DNA of 63,986 nt, counting the filler, from Barthelona sp. PAP020 (Eukaryota), in the NCBI GenBank assembly GCA_040182905.1. It is 7 parts of 7 records of this genome, joined end to end, with 100 filler letters (N's around TTAATTAATTAA, not from the genome) between each part and the next. Parts side by side here need not be neighbours in the genome. Positions count along the whole stretch, not along the records: positions 28,678 to 38,042 come from JARQWU010000428.1; positions 38,143 to 47,446 come from JARQWU010000429.1; 5 more parts are not named here. The stretch is one strand, 5' to 3'. The number at the start of each line of letters is the position of its first letter. Within the stretch, counting starts at the first letter, position 1. Positions 29,325 through 38,916 of this stretch are shown in pieces. The position numbers and the translations under genes are program-made. The notes beneath the pieces are model-generated. The model was given only the letters and a program-made list of their open reading frames with translations. It was not told where the DNA came from and searched no databases.

Positions 29325-30383
29325 ATGGGGTCCGAAGCAGAATCATGGGATGATCTTTTAAAACAATATGAACAAGAACGACGAAAACCAGCCCCTAATA
29401 ATTATCCAAAGCATATTACATTTAAACAAAAATATTCGGAAGAAGGGAAGTACAATTCTATTCTTGGGGTATATACAGATGCTAAAGAAGAAGAGTATCA
29501 TCAAAAGAAGGAGAAATTAGATTTGAACAATAAGATTCAAAAAGCTCATGAAAAACGTTTACTGGTTGAAACTGAATATAATATAATAAATCATAGATCT
29601 AAGGTTGATGGTTCTTTACCTCCTCCTCCAAAATCAAGGGTCAAACGTGAAATAAAATCAAATGAGCCTGTATATAGCATCATTACTGGTGAAGTCGTTT
29701 CAATACCAGAAGAAGAAAAGATTTCAACAACATTGTATAGACCAGCATCAAGAGAAGATGATTGTAAAAATCCCAAAGTAAGAAAATATGGAAATCAAAC
29801 TGTGAATATTTTAGATGCCAGGTTTGAAGAAAGGCCAGCTAGTTCTCATGTATCATTAGAAAAATTGCCTTTTAACACAGTTTTGGGTCGATATCCTGAT
29901 GAAAAAAGAGATTTAGAATTTTCTGAACAAGTTTGCAAACCATATGAAAAGGCAAAGAATAAAATTATTGTTCCTGAAGTTTTGGCTTCATCGGAAGGGT
30001 ATAATTTTGATATTGTTAACCATTTTCCCAAATTTGAATCAGCAGAACAAAATTTGAAGGTTGTGAAAAAACCTCAAAGGACACTAGAACAAGTTGAAAA
30101 GAGACTCAAAAATGAAGGAAATATGTTAAAAGAACAAGAAGAACTTCGTAAATTAAATCGAGTATCAAATAATAGATATACGAATTTGAGAGATCACGAA
30201 ATTGTAACCAATCGTCCTTTTGTTGGCAAAGGTGCTCAACCACAAGCCGTCCCATTTACAAAATCAAAGACAAAATTATCGGACACTTTAAAGAATCAAT
30301 CTTTTGAAAGAAATTTGAAACCCTTCTCCAAATTTTCTAGAAATCCATTTGGGAAAATTAAAATAAATACTTCAATGGTTTAA
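29325..30383 (+). CDS. Uncharacterised protein with recurring (Y/F)-x-(I/V)-(I/L) motifs
   Basis: 352-aa ORF with host-like codon usage; recurring YNSILG, YNIINH, YSIITG, FNTVLG, FDIVNH. Confidence 0.6.
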   Translation: MGSEAESWDDLLKQYEQERRKPAPNNYPKHITFKQKYSEEGKYNSILGVYTDAKEEEYHQKKEKLDLNNKIQKAHEKRLLVETEYNIINHRSKVDGSLPPPPKSRVKREIKSNEPVYSIITGEVVSIPEEEKISTTLYRPASREDDCKNPKVRKYGNQTVNILDARFEERPASSHVSLEKLPFNTVLGRYPDEKRDLEFSEQVCKPYEKAKNKIIVPEVLASSEGYNFDIVNHFPKFESAEQNLKVVKKPQRTLEQVEKRLKNEGNMLKEQEELRKLNRVSNNRYTNLRDHEIVTNRPFVGKGAQPQAVPFTKSKTKLSDTLKNQSFERNLKPFSKFSRNPFGKIKINTSMV

Positions 30384-30725
30384 CTACCAATTTTTTTTCC
30401 CTTGAGTTTTTGGTTATCTTTTCGAAATTTGGTTGGTGATAGAAAATGGTTGTTTGTTTTTTCTTTTATTACGCCAGTAGATGAAAACAATTGAAAGAAT
30501 GGAAATCAAAATTTCTTCTTTATCATTCAATAAATCCTTTAGAAAGAAAAATGAAATATTTAATTTTATTGAAGGATTTTCAGGCTCTTAATTTGTATTT
30601 ATTTCTGAATACAATACAGTGTTTTCAATGCGTGTTGATATTCTCTTTGGTTTGATAAAAAATATCGACACACATTGACAACACTGAATTGTATGCAAAA
30701 GTTTCGAATGAGTTTTGGGGTAAAA

Positions 30726-31520
30726 TCAGGTTGAATTATTATTCTTAGGAATTTCACCACAAAAATCATTGGAATCAAAATATTGAGGGGAATATTGGTG
30801 GAGGTATTGAAAAGACGAATACGGATTATTCATCGGGAAAATATTCGTGTTTTGCTCGTCGGAAGGAACTAAAAACTGAGGCACAAAACAGTAGGGTTGT
30901 GTCAAACGTTGGTTGTGGGGAACACCAACGGGATTTTGGTATGGGGAATAGTTACTATTGTTGATTGTGTCAAAAGGTTCAATGGGTGTTTGTGGGCTTA
31001 AAATAGAGGAAGCCCCATGGAATATTTCAACAATCAGATCACTCATCAAAATATTTATTTCTTCCATTGTATGAACTTTGCCAAAGTAATCCAGCACAGC
31101 ATTGAATACCAGTTTTTCCAAATTTGTTAAAGTTGATAACTCTGCTCGGGTTAGTTGCTTTTTATGAGCGTTGCAACACCAGATCCCACATCTTTTCAAA
31201 TGCTCTGAGTTTGTCGTTTTTATTGACTTTTTCAAACAATAATGGGAAATATGGTTTTTGTCATCAAGAAATGGATAGCAAGGACTTGGATCTTGGTAGC
31301 TAAACGAGTTTAAATTTGTGTTTTCAAAAATGGATTTCAACAGACATAGTGCACATCTTGAATTTTTACTAATTGCATTTTTGTAAAAACCTACAGATCC
31401 TTTTTTCGTCTGTGCTACCTTTGGTGGAATTCTTATTATTTTTGATGGTTCTTCAAAGAGGATATTCGTTTTTGGTACTAGAACTTTATATATCCCCATT
31501 TGCAAATTAATCACATTCAT
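30726..31520 (-). CDS. Hypothetical protein, Cys/His cluster and Pro/Gln/Asn/Tyr-rich tail (possible transcription regulator)
   Basis: Long ORF with CALC, HYC, CGIWCCNAH and a low-complexity C-terminus; start uncertain (31520 or 31637). Confidence 0.5.
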   Translation of the reverse strand: MNVINLQMGIYKVLVPKTNILFEEPSKIIRIPPKVAQTKKGSVGFYKNAISKNSRCALCLLKSIFENTNLNSFSYQDPSPCYPFLDDKNHISHYCLKKSIKTTNSEHLKRCGIWCCNAHKKQLTRAELSTLTNLEKLVFNAVLDYFGKVHTMEEINILMSDLIVEIFHGASSILSPQTPIEPFDTINNSNYSPYQNPVGVPHNQRLTQPYCFVPQFLVPSDEQNTNIFPMNNPYSSFQYLHQYSPQYFDSNDFCGEIPKNNNST

Positions 31521-31950
31521 TTGGGGATTGTTTGCTATTATTTGTAAAATTGCTGTCAAAATAACGATCAATATATGATTCTTTGTCCGATTATTAGAAT
31601 TGCAATATTTTTGATATAAATTCGTCCCCAAAATCATTGAATCAAACAAAAGAAAACACCATGTTTATTTGTGAACCTTATTACCACTCATTTTGAAGGT
31701 TAGTAAACAGAAAATAGAAATAAATTAAATTAAATTAAAAAAAAATTAAAAAAAGATTTTACAAACACTTTGATGATAGAGTTGAAACTGTTACAAAAGG
31801 GTGCCCCACTGAGAAAAAAAACAAATCAAAGAGCTTTTTGGGCAAAGAAAAACCCCAATTTTATGTTGAAAGAAGAATGTGAAATTTTGGAATTTATGTT
31901 CTTATTTTAAATCAACTGTATTTTTTCGAGAAATCAACTTGGAAAATATT

Positions 31951-32266
31951 TTGATCCAGTTGTGAAACCACAACATTTATTTACAGAGAAAGTAGACTAA
32001 AAAACTTCATTCTAGCAAATTTCAGTCAAAACCCTGGGGAGAAATGAAGGACTGAACAACAATTTGAACAATAAAGTGTGAAAACTGTGAAGAAATTCTT
32101 CATTTCCATTCTTTGATATTTTTCCAAAAGCAAAATTTTAAAGTTTAAAAGTTATCTTAGAAAATCTTAGGTTTTGAAAAAATCAAAAGGGCCTCGAAAA
32201 CCATCAACCAAATAAACACTATTCTTTTTTGTTCACTCATACGTATAGTGCTCCTTGGTTTGAAAA
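31951..32266 (+). mobile_element. Family R1, diverged full-length copy
   Basis: TTGATCCAGTTGTGAAACC...CATTCTAGCAAATTTCAGTCAAAA...AACCAAATAAACACTATTC...TTCACTCATACG is colinear with the other copies. Confidence 0.8.
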
Positions 32267-32548
32267 TTTTTGGCAAAATTTTCTTTCTCCCATTTAGCAA
32301 AAGCAAAACTTCAAAGTTTTAGTTTTTCTTTTGAAAATTAAAATTTGAAAAGTTCAATCAATAAAAAAATAGTATTTTTGATCTCTCCAAAAGAGATTTC
32401 CAAAACAAAGAACAAAAGTTTGAATGCAAAACTTTAAAAGTTTCATTTTATTCTACAAGAATAACAAATCATACAAAGATAGATCAAAAAATAAATCCAG
32501 AAATTTACAAAACCAAAATACAATGACTAAACAATTATTTCAAAAATA

Positions 32549-32980
32549 TTACCTGTAGTGTAATTTATTGACCCACCTCTCAATTTCTTGAACAAACCTG
32601 GGACAATTTTCAGGAGTTATAGGTGTATTAATGGTCCAAGCTGGATTTCGGGCTACTACAGTAACAAATTTCTCACAGTACAATTTTTCCAGTTGAAAAA
32701 CCAAACTCTGTACATTAGGTTTAGATATTAAAACAAAACGATAACCAGTAGGGGCTAAATAACAATGTAATTTGTAACCATTAGTTAAAATTGTATTAAA
32801 ATTGTCAACATCCTCTGGAGAAATAGCTTCAACAAAAAATTTAACAGCAAATAACATTCCAGCTAATAAAGAATCATCTTCAGGTTCATTAGTTTCTTTT
32901 TGAGAATCAATCCACTTTCTTTTGAATAAACATGAACCTTTTCGACTAAATATAAAAAATGAATAAATCACACCAGACAT
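32549..32980 (-). CDS. TRAPPC1: TRAPP complex subunit BET5/TRAPPC1 (longin/sybindin family)
   Basis: IYSFFIFSRKG.CLF...W, LLAGMLFAVK.FV..ISP, T.GYKLH.Y..PTGYRFVL.S. Confidence 0.85.
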   Translation of the reverse strand: MSGVIYSFFIFSRKGSCLFKRKWIDSQKETNEPEDDSLLAGMLFAVKFFVEAISPEDVDNFNTILTNGYKLHCYLAPTGYRFVLISKPNVQSLVFQLEKLYCEKFVTVVARNPAWTINTPITPENCPRFVQEIERWVNKLHYR

Positions 32981-33052
32981 ATTCAAGAAAATATAATATT
33001 AAAAAGAAAAGTGTTACAATTAAATTTTTTTTTTCGTTTTTTCAAAAAAAAT

Positions 33053-36000
33053 ATGGATGATATTTTTGGAATTTTGCACAATTATGTTGAAGAAAAACCT
33101 AAAGAGGAAAAAGATAATGAAAAAATTGAAGAAAAATCAAATGAACAAATTGAATTGAAACAAATTGAATTAGAACCATCAACTTTTGAAAATCATACAA
33201 AAACAGTTAAATTTAGTGAAATTTTTGAACAAAGTCGGAAAGATTTTTCATATATTCAACCTCAAAAAGCTCAAACAAAGAAAAATGCGACTTATTTTTC
33301 TAAAACTGAAATAAATAAGAGTAAAAATAAAAAAAAAGAGACTTTGGATCCAAAAGAACTTGATTTAGCAAAACAAGAACTAAGAAGATTAAAGGATAGG
33401 CAAGCTTATTTAACTATGGGAAAAAAGAAGCCTTTAAATATGTTAGGCTTGAGAATATCAAATGATATCATATTTGATGATTATTTATTGAATCAAGTAC
33501 ATATAGCACAAACAAAAATAACAAACACATCTGAAAGTAGCAGTAGAATTCGTATTTTACCACCAAATCATCCTGATTTTTTGTTAGCAGAAGTGATATA
33601 TCCATCTAATAGTTCAATAATTGCGCCTGGTATGTCTGTTACTTTAGTTATCCATTTTATTCCAAAGAATTATTCTCCACAACAAAGTTCAATATTTATA
33701 CACACGTCTGATGATTATTCAATAGAAATACCGATTATTGCCAAGAAGTTTGTACCCAAATTAACTATTCCAGCAAATATTGATCTTGGAAGTGTTTTTT
33801 TAAACACTACAAATGAATATTCTTTTGTATTTGAGAATTTTGAAGGAAAAAATACAAAATTTGCTCTTATTGATGAAGAAATGATGATTGAAACTCATGA
33901 AAATTTGGAAAAAGCTCAAAAACTTAATATTGCTTGGTTTGATAGGGAAAAAAGTTTAGGATTTAGTCCATTTTTTTATGATGTGAATACTAACGAAGAA
34001 TGTCAAGTGAATATTGTTTTCAATGCTAAAAGATTAGGAAAATATGAAAAGGATTTACGAATCGTTCTTGACAATGGTTCTGTTGGTACAACTCATATTC
34101 AAGCAAATGTAATTCAACCCGCTGTATTGGTAGATTTTGATTTATCAAAGTTAGAAAAATTGTTTCCATTTATTGAATATGAATTACCTCTTCGAATAAT
34201 CAATACTAACGATGAATTACCATTAGATTGTACTATAAAAGTTGAAACTTCGACAGAAGAAATTGATTTCAAATGGCCTATCGATGACATTCAATTAAAT
34301 AAAACTAATCCAGAAGAAACCTTTATATTAAGGTTTGAAGGAAGATGTTTAGGCATTAAAGACCTTAAAATAACAATATTAAATAAAGAAACCAATGAAA
34401 TATTGAGCATTAATCATTTTGACTTTGATTTTTTAAAGCCTTCAATGGAAATTAAAGAATGTGCCAAGATTTTTGAAGGAATTATTGCACACAAAGAAAC
34501 TACTGGAGTTATTGAAATTGAAATGAAGGATAAAGCTGTAATACCTTATGAAGTTGATATTATTGGTTTAAATGGTTATGAAAATCTTGATAAATATGTA
34601 CAATATTCATTTAGACCTGTCAGCAAAGGTGGAAAATTTACTGAAGGGTTGAATTATATTCGATTTGTATTGAAACCTTTACAAATTGGTAATTTTTCAA
34701 TATTTTTAAAATTGTCAACTGAATTTATTGACGAACCTATTTATATTCCTTTATTATTAACAATTGAACCTTTACCAATTCAATGTTCCATAGGTTGTAT
34801 AGATTTTGGTGTTATTAAAGCAAATACAAAAGAATCAATTGAATTCACTCTTAAGTTACCATTTATTGCTCATGATATTCAACCAATCTTTGAAATTCAA
34901 GGAACCATGAATCATTGTTTCATTTTAGATTATGATTATCCTAATACTTCAACAATCAACTCCTCTAATATTACAAATAGTTCTAAACAATCAATAGTTC
35001 TCGATTATCCTTGTAGATTAACTCTTGAAGCACCTTTTGAAGATATCAAATTGGATAATTTTTTGATCGTCTATTATTTAACTTCCAAATTAGTTTTACA
35101 AATTCGTAGTTTAGTGTGTATCCCAAAACTTGTTTTGGATCCAGGATATTTAGATGTTATATTGTATAACCAACATGAAACTTATGTTTCAACAATGATT
35201 TCTATGTTGACTGCCACTTCTGGTGAATTTTATTTTGATTTGCCAGAATTAAATGATGATTTAAGCATTAAAATCATTCCTGAAAAATTTGAGTTGTCTC
35301 CTCAAAATAATCAAATAGCAGTAACGTTTGTTTTGAAACCAAAACGATTTTTTGAAGGAATTCTAGGCTTTGAATTATGTTCTAAAGACACCGTTTTTTC
35401 TAAGCCTATTGGTTTGGTGATAAGTATGGATGTTGTTAAAGTTTCTGCTTTAATAACCATGATGAAACCTTTAGATAGTACTTCAAGACCTGTAAGTCGT
35501 TCTTCTGTTTTAACTGATGATGATCGATTGAAAAGTGCTTCATTCAAAGAAGATTTGGGTGAAAGTATTGATCAAATTATTGCAACTGATTTACAAATTG
35601 GTGAAGAGTATAAAACTGTATTGAAAGTTAGAAATTTAGCTCCATTACCTGCTTTAATGGTTGCCTCTATCAATAGATTTGGACCTTTACCTGTTTTACG
35701 TGAATCAATCATGAGTTCTGAATTATCTTTAAGGTCTAGTAGAAGAGTAGTACAAGCAAAGCCAATAAGGTTTGCAGAAGTGGGTATAAATCCTTCTACT
35801 GTTAATATTTCTGATCATGGTACCAAAGAAATTGATGTAACTTTGAAAGGCTTTTTTCCTGGAGTTTACCATGATGTTATTAGTGTAGTTATTGGTGATT
35901 CAGACCCAATTGACATTCAAATTCAGTTTAACGTTGTTGGTTCTCCTATACAATTAAATAAAACATTGGGATTTGATTTGATCAAAAACAAATTAGTATA

Positions 36001-37168
36001 TCCCACTGTTAATGCTGGAAGTAAAGTTTTGACACGTCAATTATCAATCTGTAACATTAGCCCTTTGACATTGAGAGTTGATCCAAATATAATTATAAAA
36101 CCAGAAAGTTTACCTGCAATTGAGAGTGAAATAACAGTTTTAGAGAATGGAAAAGTTAGCTTCAGTGCAAAACCTTATGAATATAAAGGACATGATTCTT
36201 TGTTTCATGTCAATGGCTCTGTTGAATTGGAACCATATGCTAAAGCTTTGATTCCAATACAATTTGATCCCAAGAATGATGCAAATCAAAACATTGATGA
36301 ATGTTGTCAAATACAAATAAACCCCATCAATCAACCTCCTTTAGGTTTGGAATTAACAAAAATATCACCTTTAAATATTGATTTGATTTCAAATGTAAGT
36401 GTTCCAAGGTTAGAAATGGACTTTAGAAAAGAATTAAGAATGTTCATTCCTTATCAAGGAAATAAAGAAAGAAATGAAGTAATTAAACCTTTGATTTTAA
36501 CCAATCCTTGTTCTTTTCCTTTGGATTTCCAAATTATAATGTTTGAACCTTTTGATATCATTGGAATTGATACATCATATACAAGTATTTTACCTGATGA
36601 AGATGATGGCATAATAAGTTTGAAACCTGGTGAAGCGGTGAAATTATCCATTTCTGCTAATCTCAAAAATATTCAAAATAGATTGAATTTCAATCTTGCT
36701 AAGCAAAGATTTCATGAACAGATGAAAATTGTTTTCGCTGACAACTCGGTTCAATTGTTTGACCTATTTTTATATGTTCATTATCCAAGAGCTCAATTAA
36801 TTCACAACGTTATTGATTTTGGTACCCTTCATTTACATGATACAATAAAAAAACCTTTCGAACTGAGAAATATTAGCACTTGTAAAATATTTTGGAATGT
36901 GACTTCCAAAAATAGCAAATTTTTTGAGCTTTTTCAATTCTCCAGTATTGATGGTGTTCTGGAACCTTTACAATTATTTACCAAGCCCAGTTTTGCAGGT
37001 AAAGCTGCACCTGCATTTATTTCTTCTGATATAAATTTCAAGAGAGATCCAGGTGCAGCAGTTATCACTTTTTCTGCCAATCAAACAGGTTTGATTGAAA
37101 TGGAAGGAGAAGTTATTGTTAAAAACGGGTTGAATATTCCTTTCACATTGGTCGGCAATGTGATTTAA
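33053..37168 (+). CDS. DLEC1: DLEC1/CFAP81-like ciliary protein with multiple ASH/PapD-like Ig domains
   Basis: NTSESSSRIRILPP..PDF......P...IIAPGMS....IHFIP resembles the DLEC1 core; repeated IDFG/IDLG-type Ig-domain starts. Confidence 0.7.
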   Translation: MDDIFGILHNYVEEKPKEEKDNEKIEEKSNEQIELKQIELEPSTFENHTKTVKFSEIFEQSRKDFSYIQPQKAQTKKNATYFSKTEINKSKNKKKETLDPKELDLAKQELRRLKDRQAYLTMGKKKPLNMLGLRISNDIIFDDYLLNQVHIAQTKITNTSESSSRIRILPPNHPDFLLAEVIYPSNSSIIAPGMSVTLVIHFIPKNYSPQQSSIFIHTSDDYSIEIPIIAKKFVPKLTIPANIDLGSVFLNTTNEYSFVFENFEGKNTKFALIDEEMMIETHENLEKAQKLNIAWFDREKSLGFSPFFYDVNTNEECQVNIVFNAKRLGKYEKDLRIVLDNGSVGTTHIQANVIQPAVLVDFDLSKLEKLFPFIEYELPLRIINTNDELPLDCTIKVETSTEEIDFKWPIDDIQLNKTNPEETFILRFEGRCLGIKDLKITILNKETNEILSINHFDFDFLKPSMEIKECAKIFEGIIAHKETTGVIEIEMKDKAVIPYEVDIIGLNGYENLDKYVQYSFRPVSKGGKFTEGLNYIRFVLKPLQIGNFSIFLKLSTEFIDEPIYIPLLLTIEPLPIQCSIGCIDFGVIKANTKESIEFTLKLPFIAHDIQPIFEIQGTMNHCFILDYDYPNTSTINSSNITNSSKQSIVLDYPCRLTLEAPFEDIKLDNFLIVYYLTSKLVLQIRSLVCIPKLVLDPGYLDVILYNQHETYVSTMISMLTATSGEFYFDLPELNDDLSIKIIPEKFELSPQNNQIAVTFVLKPKRFFEGILGFELCSKDTVFSKPIGLVISMDVVKVSALITMMKPLDSTSRPVSRSSVLTDDDRLKSASFKEDLGESIDQIIATDLQIGEEYKTVLKVRNLAPLPALMVASINRFGPLPVLRESIMSSELSLRSSRRVVQAKPIRFAEVGINPSTVNISDHGTKEIDVTLKGFFPGVYHDVISVVIGDSDPIDIQIQFNVVGSPIQLNKTLGFDLIKNKLVYPTVNAGSKVLTRQLSICNISPLTLRVDPNIIIKPESLPAIESEITVLENGKVSFSAKPYEYKGHDSLFHVNGSVELEPYAKALIPIQFDPKNDANQNIDECCQIQINPINQPPLGLELTKISPLNIDLISNVSVPRLEMDFRKELRMFIPYQGNKERNEVIKPLILTNPCSFPLDFQIIMFEPFDIIGIDTSYTSILPDEDDGIISLKPGEAVKLSISANLKNIQNRLNFNLAKQRFHEQMKIVFADNSVQLFDLFLYVHYPRAQLIHNVIDFGTLHLHDTIKKPFELRNISTCKIFWNVTSKNSKFFELFQFSSIDGVLEPLQLFTKPSFAGKAAPAFISSDINFKRDPGAAVITFSANQTGLIEMEGEVIVKNGLNIPFTLVGNVI

Positions 37169-37879
37169 GTTATTCTTTAAAAAAAAGCAAAAAAATAAAA
37201 TTAAAAAACTAGTGTTTGTAAAAAAAGAGTACATTTGTTTGTTTTCCAGGTCAAGAAGCACCATGTGTGTGGGTGAATAAGAAGAAGTGGTCGTTATTAT
37301 TTTTTTTTATCATGCTATTTAATGGCAAATGTGTTTGTTACAAATCTCTTTTAGAGAGATCAAAAGCAACATTTCTCAAAATCAGTCTTTTCAATTTTCA
37401 TTTGCCAAATACGTAAGACAGGGATGAGAAAACTTTTCCAAAATATTCACACTTGATGGCCAAATTAAATTTCAGTCACTTTGTTCCCCTTCCTTGAGTT
37501 TCTCCTGAAATTTGCTGAATGCGTTTTCTAGCTTTACTGGGTTCCTTCTCTTCAAATAAATATAACAGCTATGTCATGCACCTCTCTTTAAGAACTGTAG
37601 TACAATGCAATAAAGAAACTCATCTTTTCCTTATGAACAAATTTGTCTGACAGGATGTTTTTCTATCTTTCAGACAAAGAATCAGATCTTTGTATTAAAT
37701 GAAGGAGGAAGTTCATTGGCCACAAATGAAACATTCCAAACCCTCGTTGACTCACTTACCCAGCAACTAACATTTACCAAGGGTTAATATGAAAAAAAAT
37801 CCACTATGATTTATAAGGAAAGAAGAATTATTTACAAAACATGCATTGGATAAACATGTGACCACACAAACCCACCTTT

Positions 37880-38042
37880 CTAATCATCAGTATCGCTCTC
37901 TTCACTCTCATCATCTTCCATCACTTCATCAATATACTGACGCATATTGCCACCGTTTCTTTCATTGATGTCAACCAAATCCCAACAAAAGTCTATTGAC
38001 ATATCAAAATCTCTTTGATTCATGTGGACTCCAGCACTCACA
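37880..38042 (-). CDS. 3' end of a paralogue of the ankyrin-repeat gene at 38917-40605 (cut by contig end)
   Basis: Translates VSAGVHMNQRDFDMSIDFCWDLVDINERNGGNMRQYIDEVMEDDESEESDTDD*, close to the C-terminus of the ankyrin protein. Confidence 0.85.
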
Positions 38043-38142
38043 NNNNNNNNNNNNNNNNNNNNNNNNNNNNNNNNNNNNNNNNNNNNTTAATTAATTAANN
38101 NNNNNNNNNNNNNNNNNNNNNNNNNNNNNNNNNNNNNNNNNN
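38043..38142. other. Artificial contig spacer
   Basis: 100-nt N/TTAATTAATTAA linker. Confidence 0.97.
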
Positions 38143-38186
38143 AAAGTTTCTTTTTATTAAGTTGACTAAAAATTATAAATCAATAT

Positions 38187-38546
38187 TTATTTCCAAGCAA
38201 AGAAGCACTGTGCGTAGAGTGAATAAAAGAGAATAGTGTTTATTAGATATTTATGAGGTATGAGTTGTTCAGTGAACAACGAAACGAGTTAGCTTAAGGT
38301 TTGGGAAAAACTCACATGGATTCAGATGCCCAAATAACTTAAAAATTTGGACCTAAAGATGGTCAAGAAACAACAAATAAAGGAAGTGATATTTGATGAC
38401 CTCTTTATATCTTCAATAACTTCCGTTCATTGAGCATGAACTTCCACATTATTTGGTTAAAGGCTTTCGAGACCCGATTGATCTATTGAAAAACTTTAGA
38501 TTTTCTAAGGTAAAGTTTAAACTTTAAAATTTCGCTTTTGCAAAAA
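38187..38546 (-). mobile_element. Family R1, 3' half on the minus strand, interrupted by an R2 insertion
   Basis: 38187-38240 and 38449-38546 rejoin to the reverse complement of the R1 3' half. Confidence 0.85.
38241..38448 (+). mobile_element. Interspersed repeat family R2 (about 208 bp), Helentron/HINE-like
   Basis: Near-identical to 57246-57454; palindrome GTTGTTCAGTGAACAAC, imperfect subterminal inverted repeat, 3' hairpin GTTCAT-TGAGC-ATGAAC; inserted in a T-run without clear TSD. Confidence 0.85.
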
Positions 38547-38867
38547 TTGGTCCAGTTGTGAAACAACTATATTCATTTACAAAGAAAGAAAACTCAAAAA
38601 ACTCATTCTAGCAAATTTCAGTCATAATCCCAGGTGGGGAATTGAGGACTGAAATGTAATTGGAACGATCAAGTAGGAGAATTTCGGAGAAATTCTTCAT
38701 TCCCATTTTTTGTATTTTTGCAAAAGAAAAATTTTAAAGTTTGAACTTTACCTTAGAAAATCTAAAGTTTTTCAATAGATCAATCGGGGCCTCAAAAGCC
38801 TTTAACCAAATAAACACTATTCTTTTTTATTCACTCATACGCACAGTGCTTCTTTGCTTGGAAATAA
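38547..38867 (+). mobile_element. Family R1, full copy
   Basis: Colinear with 8237-8557 and 48135-48455. Confidence 0.88.
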
Positions 38868-38916
38868 ATCCACAAAACATGAATGGAATAAACATTTAAC
38901 CACACAAAAGACCTTT

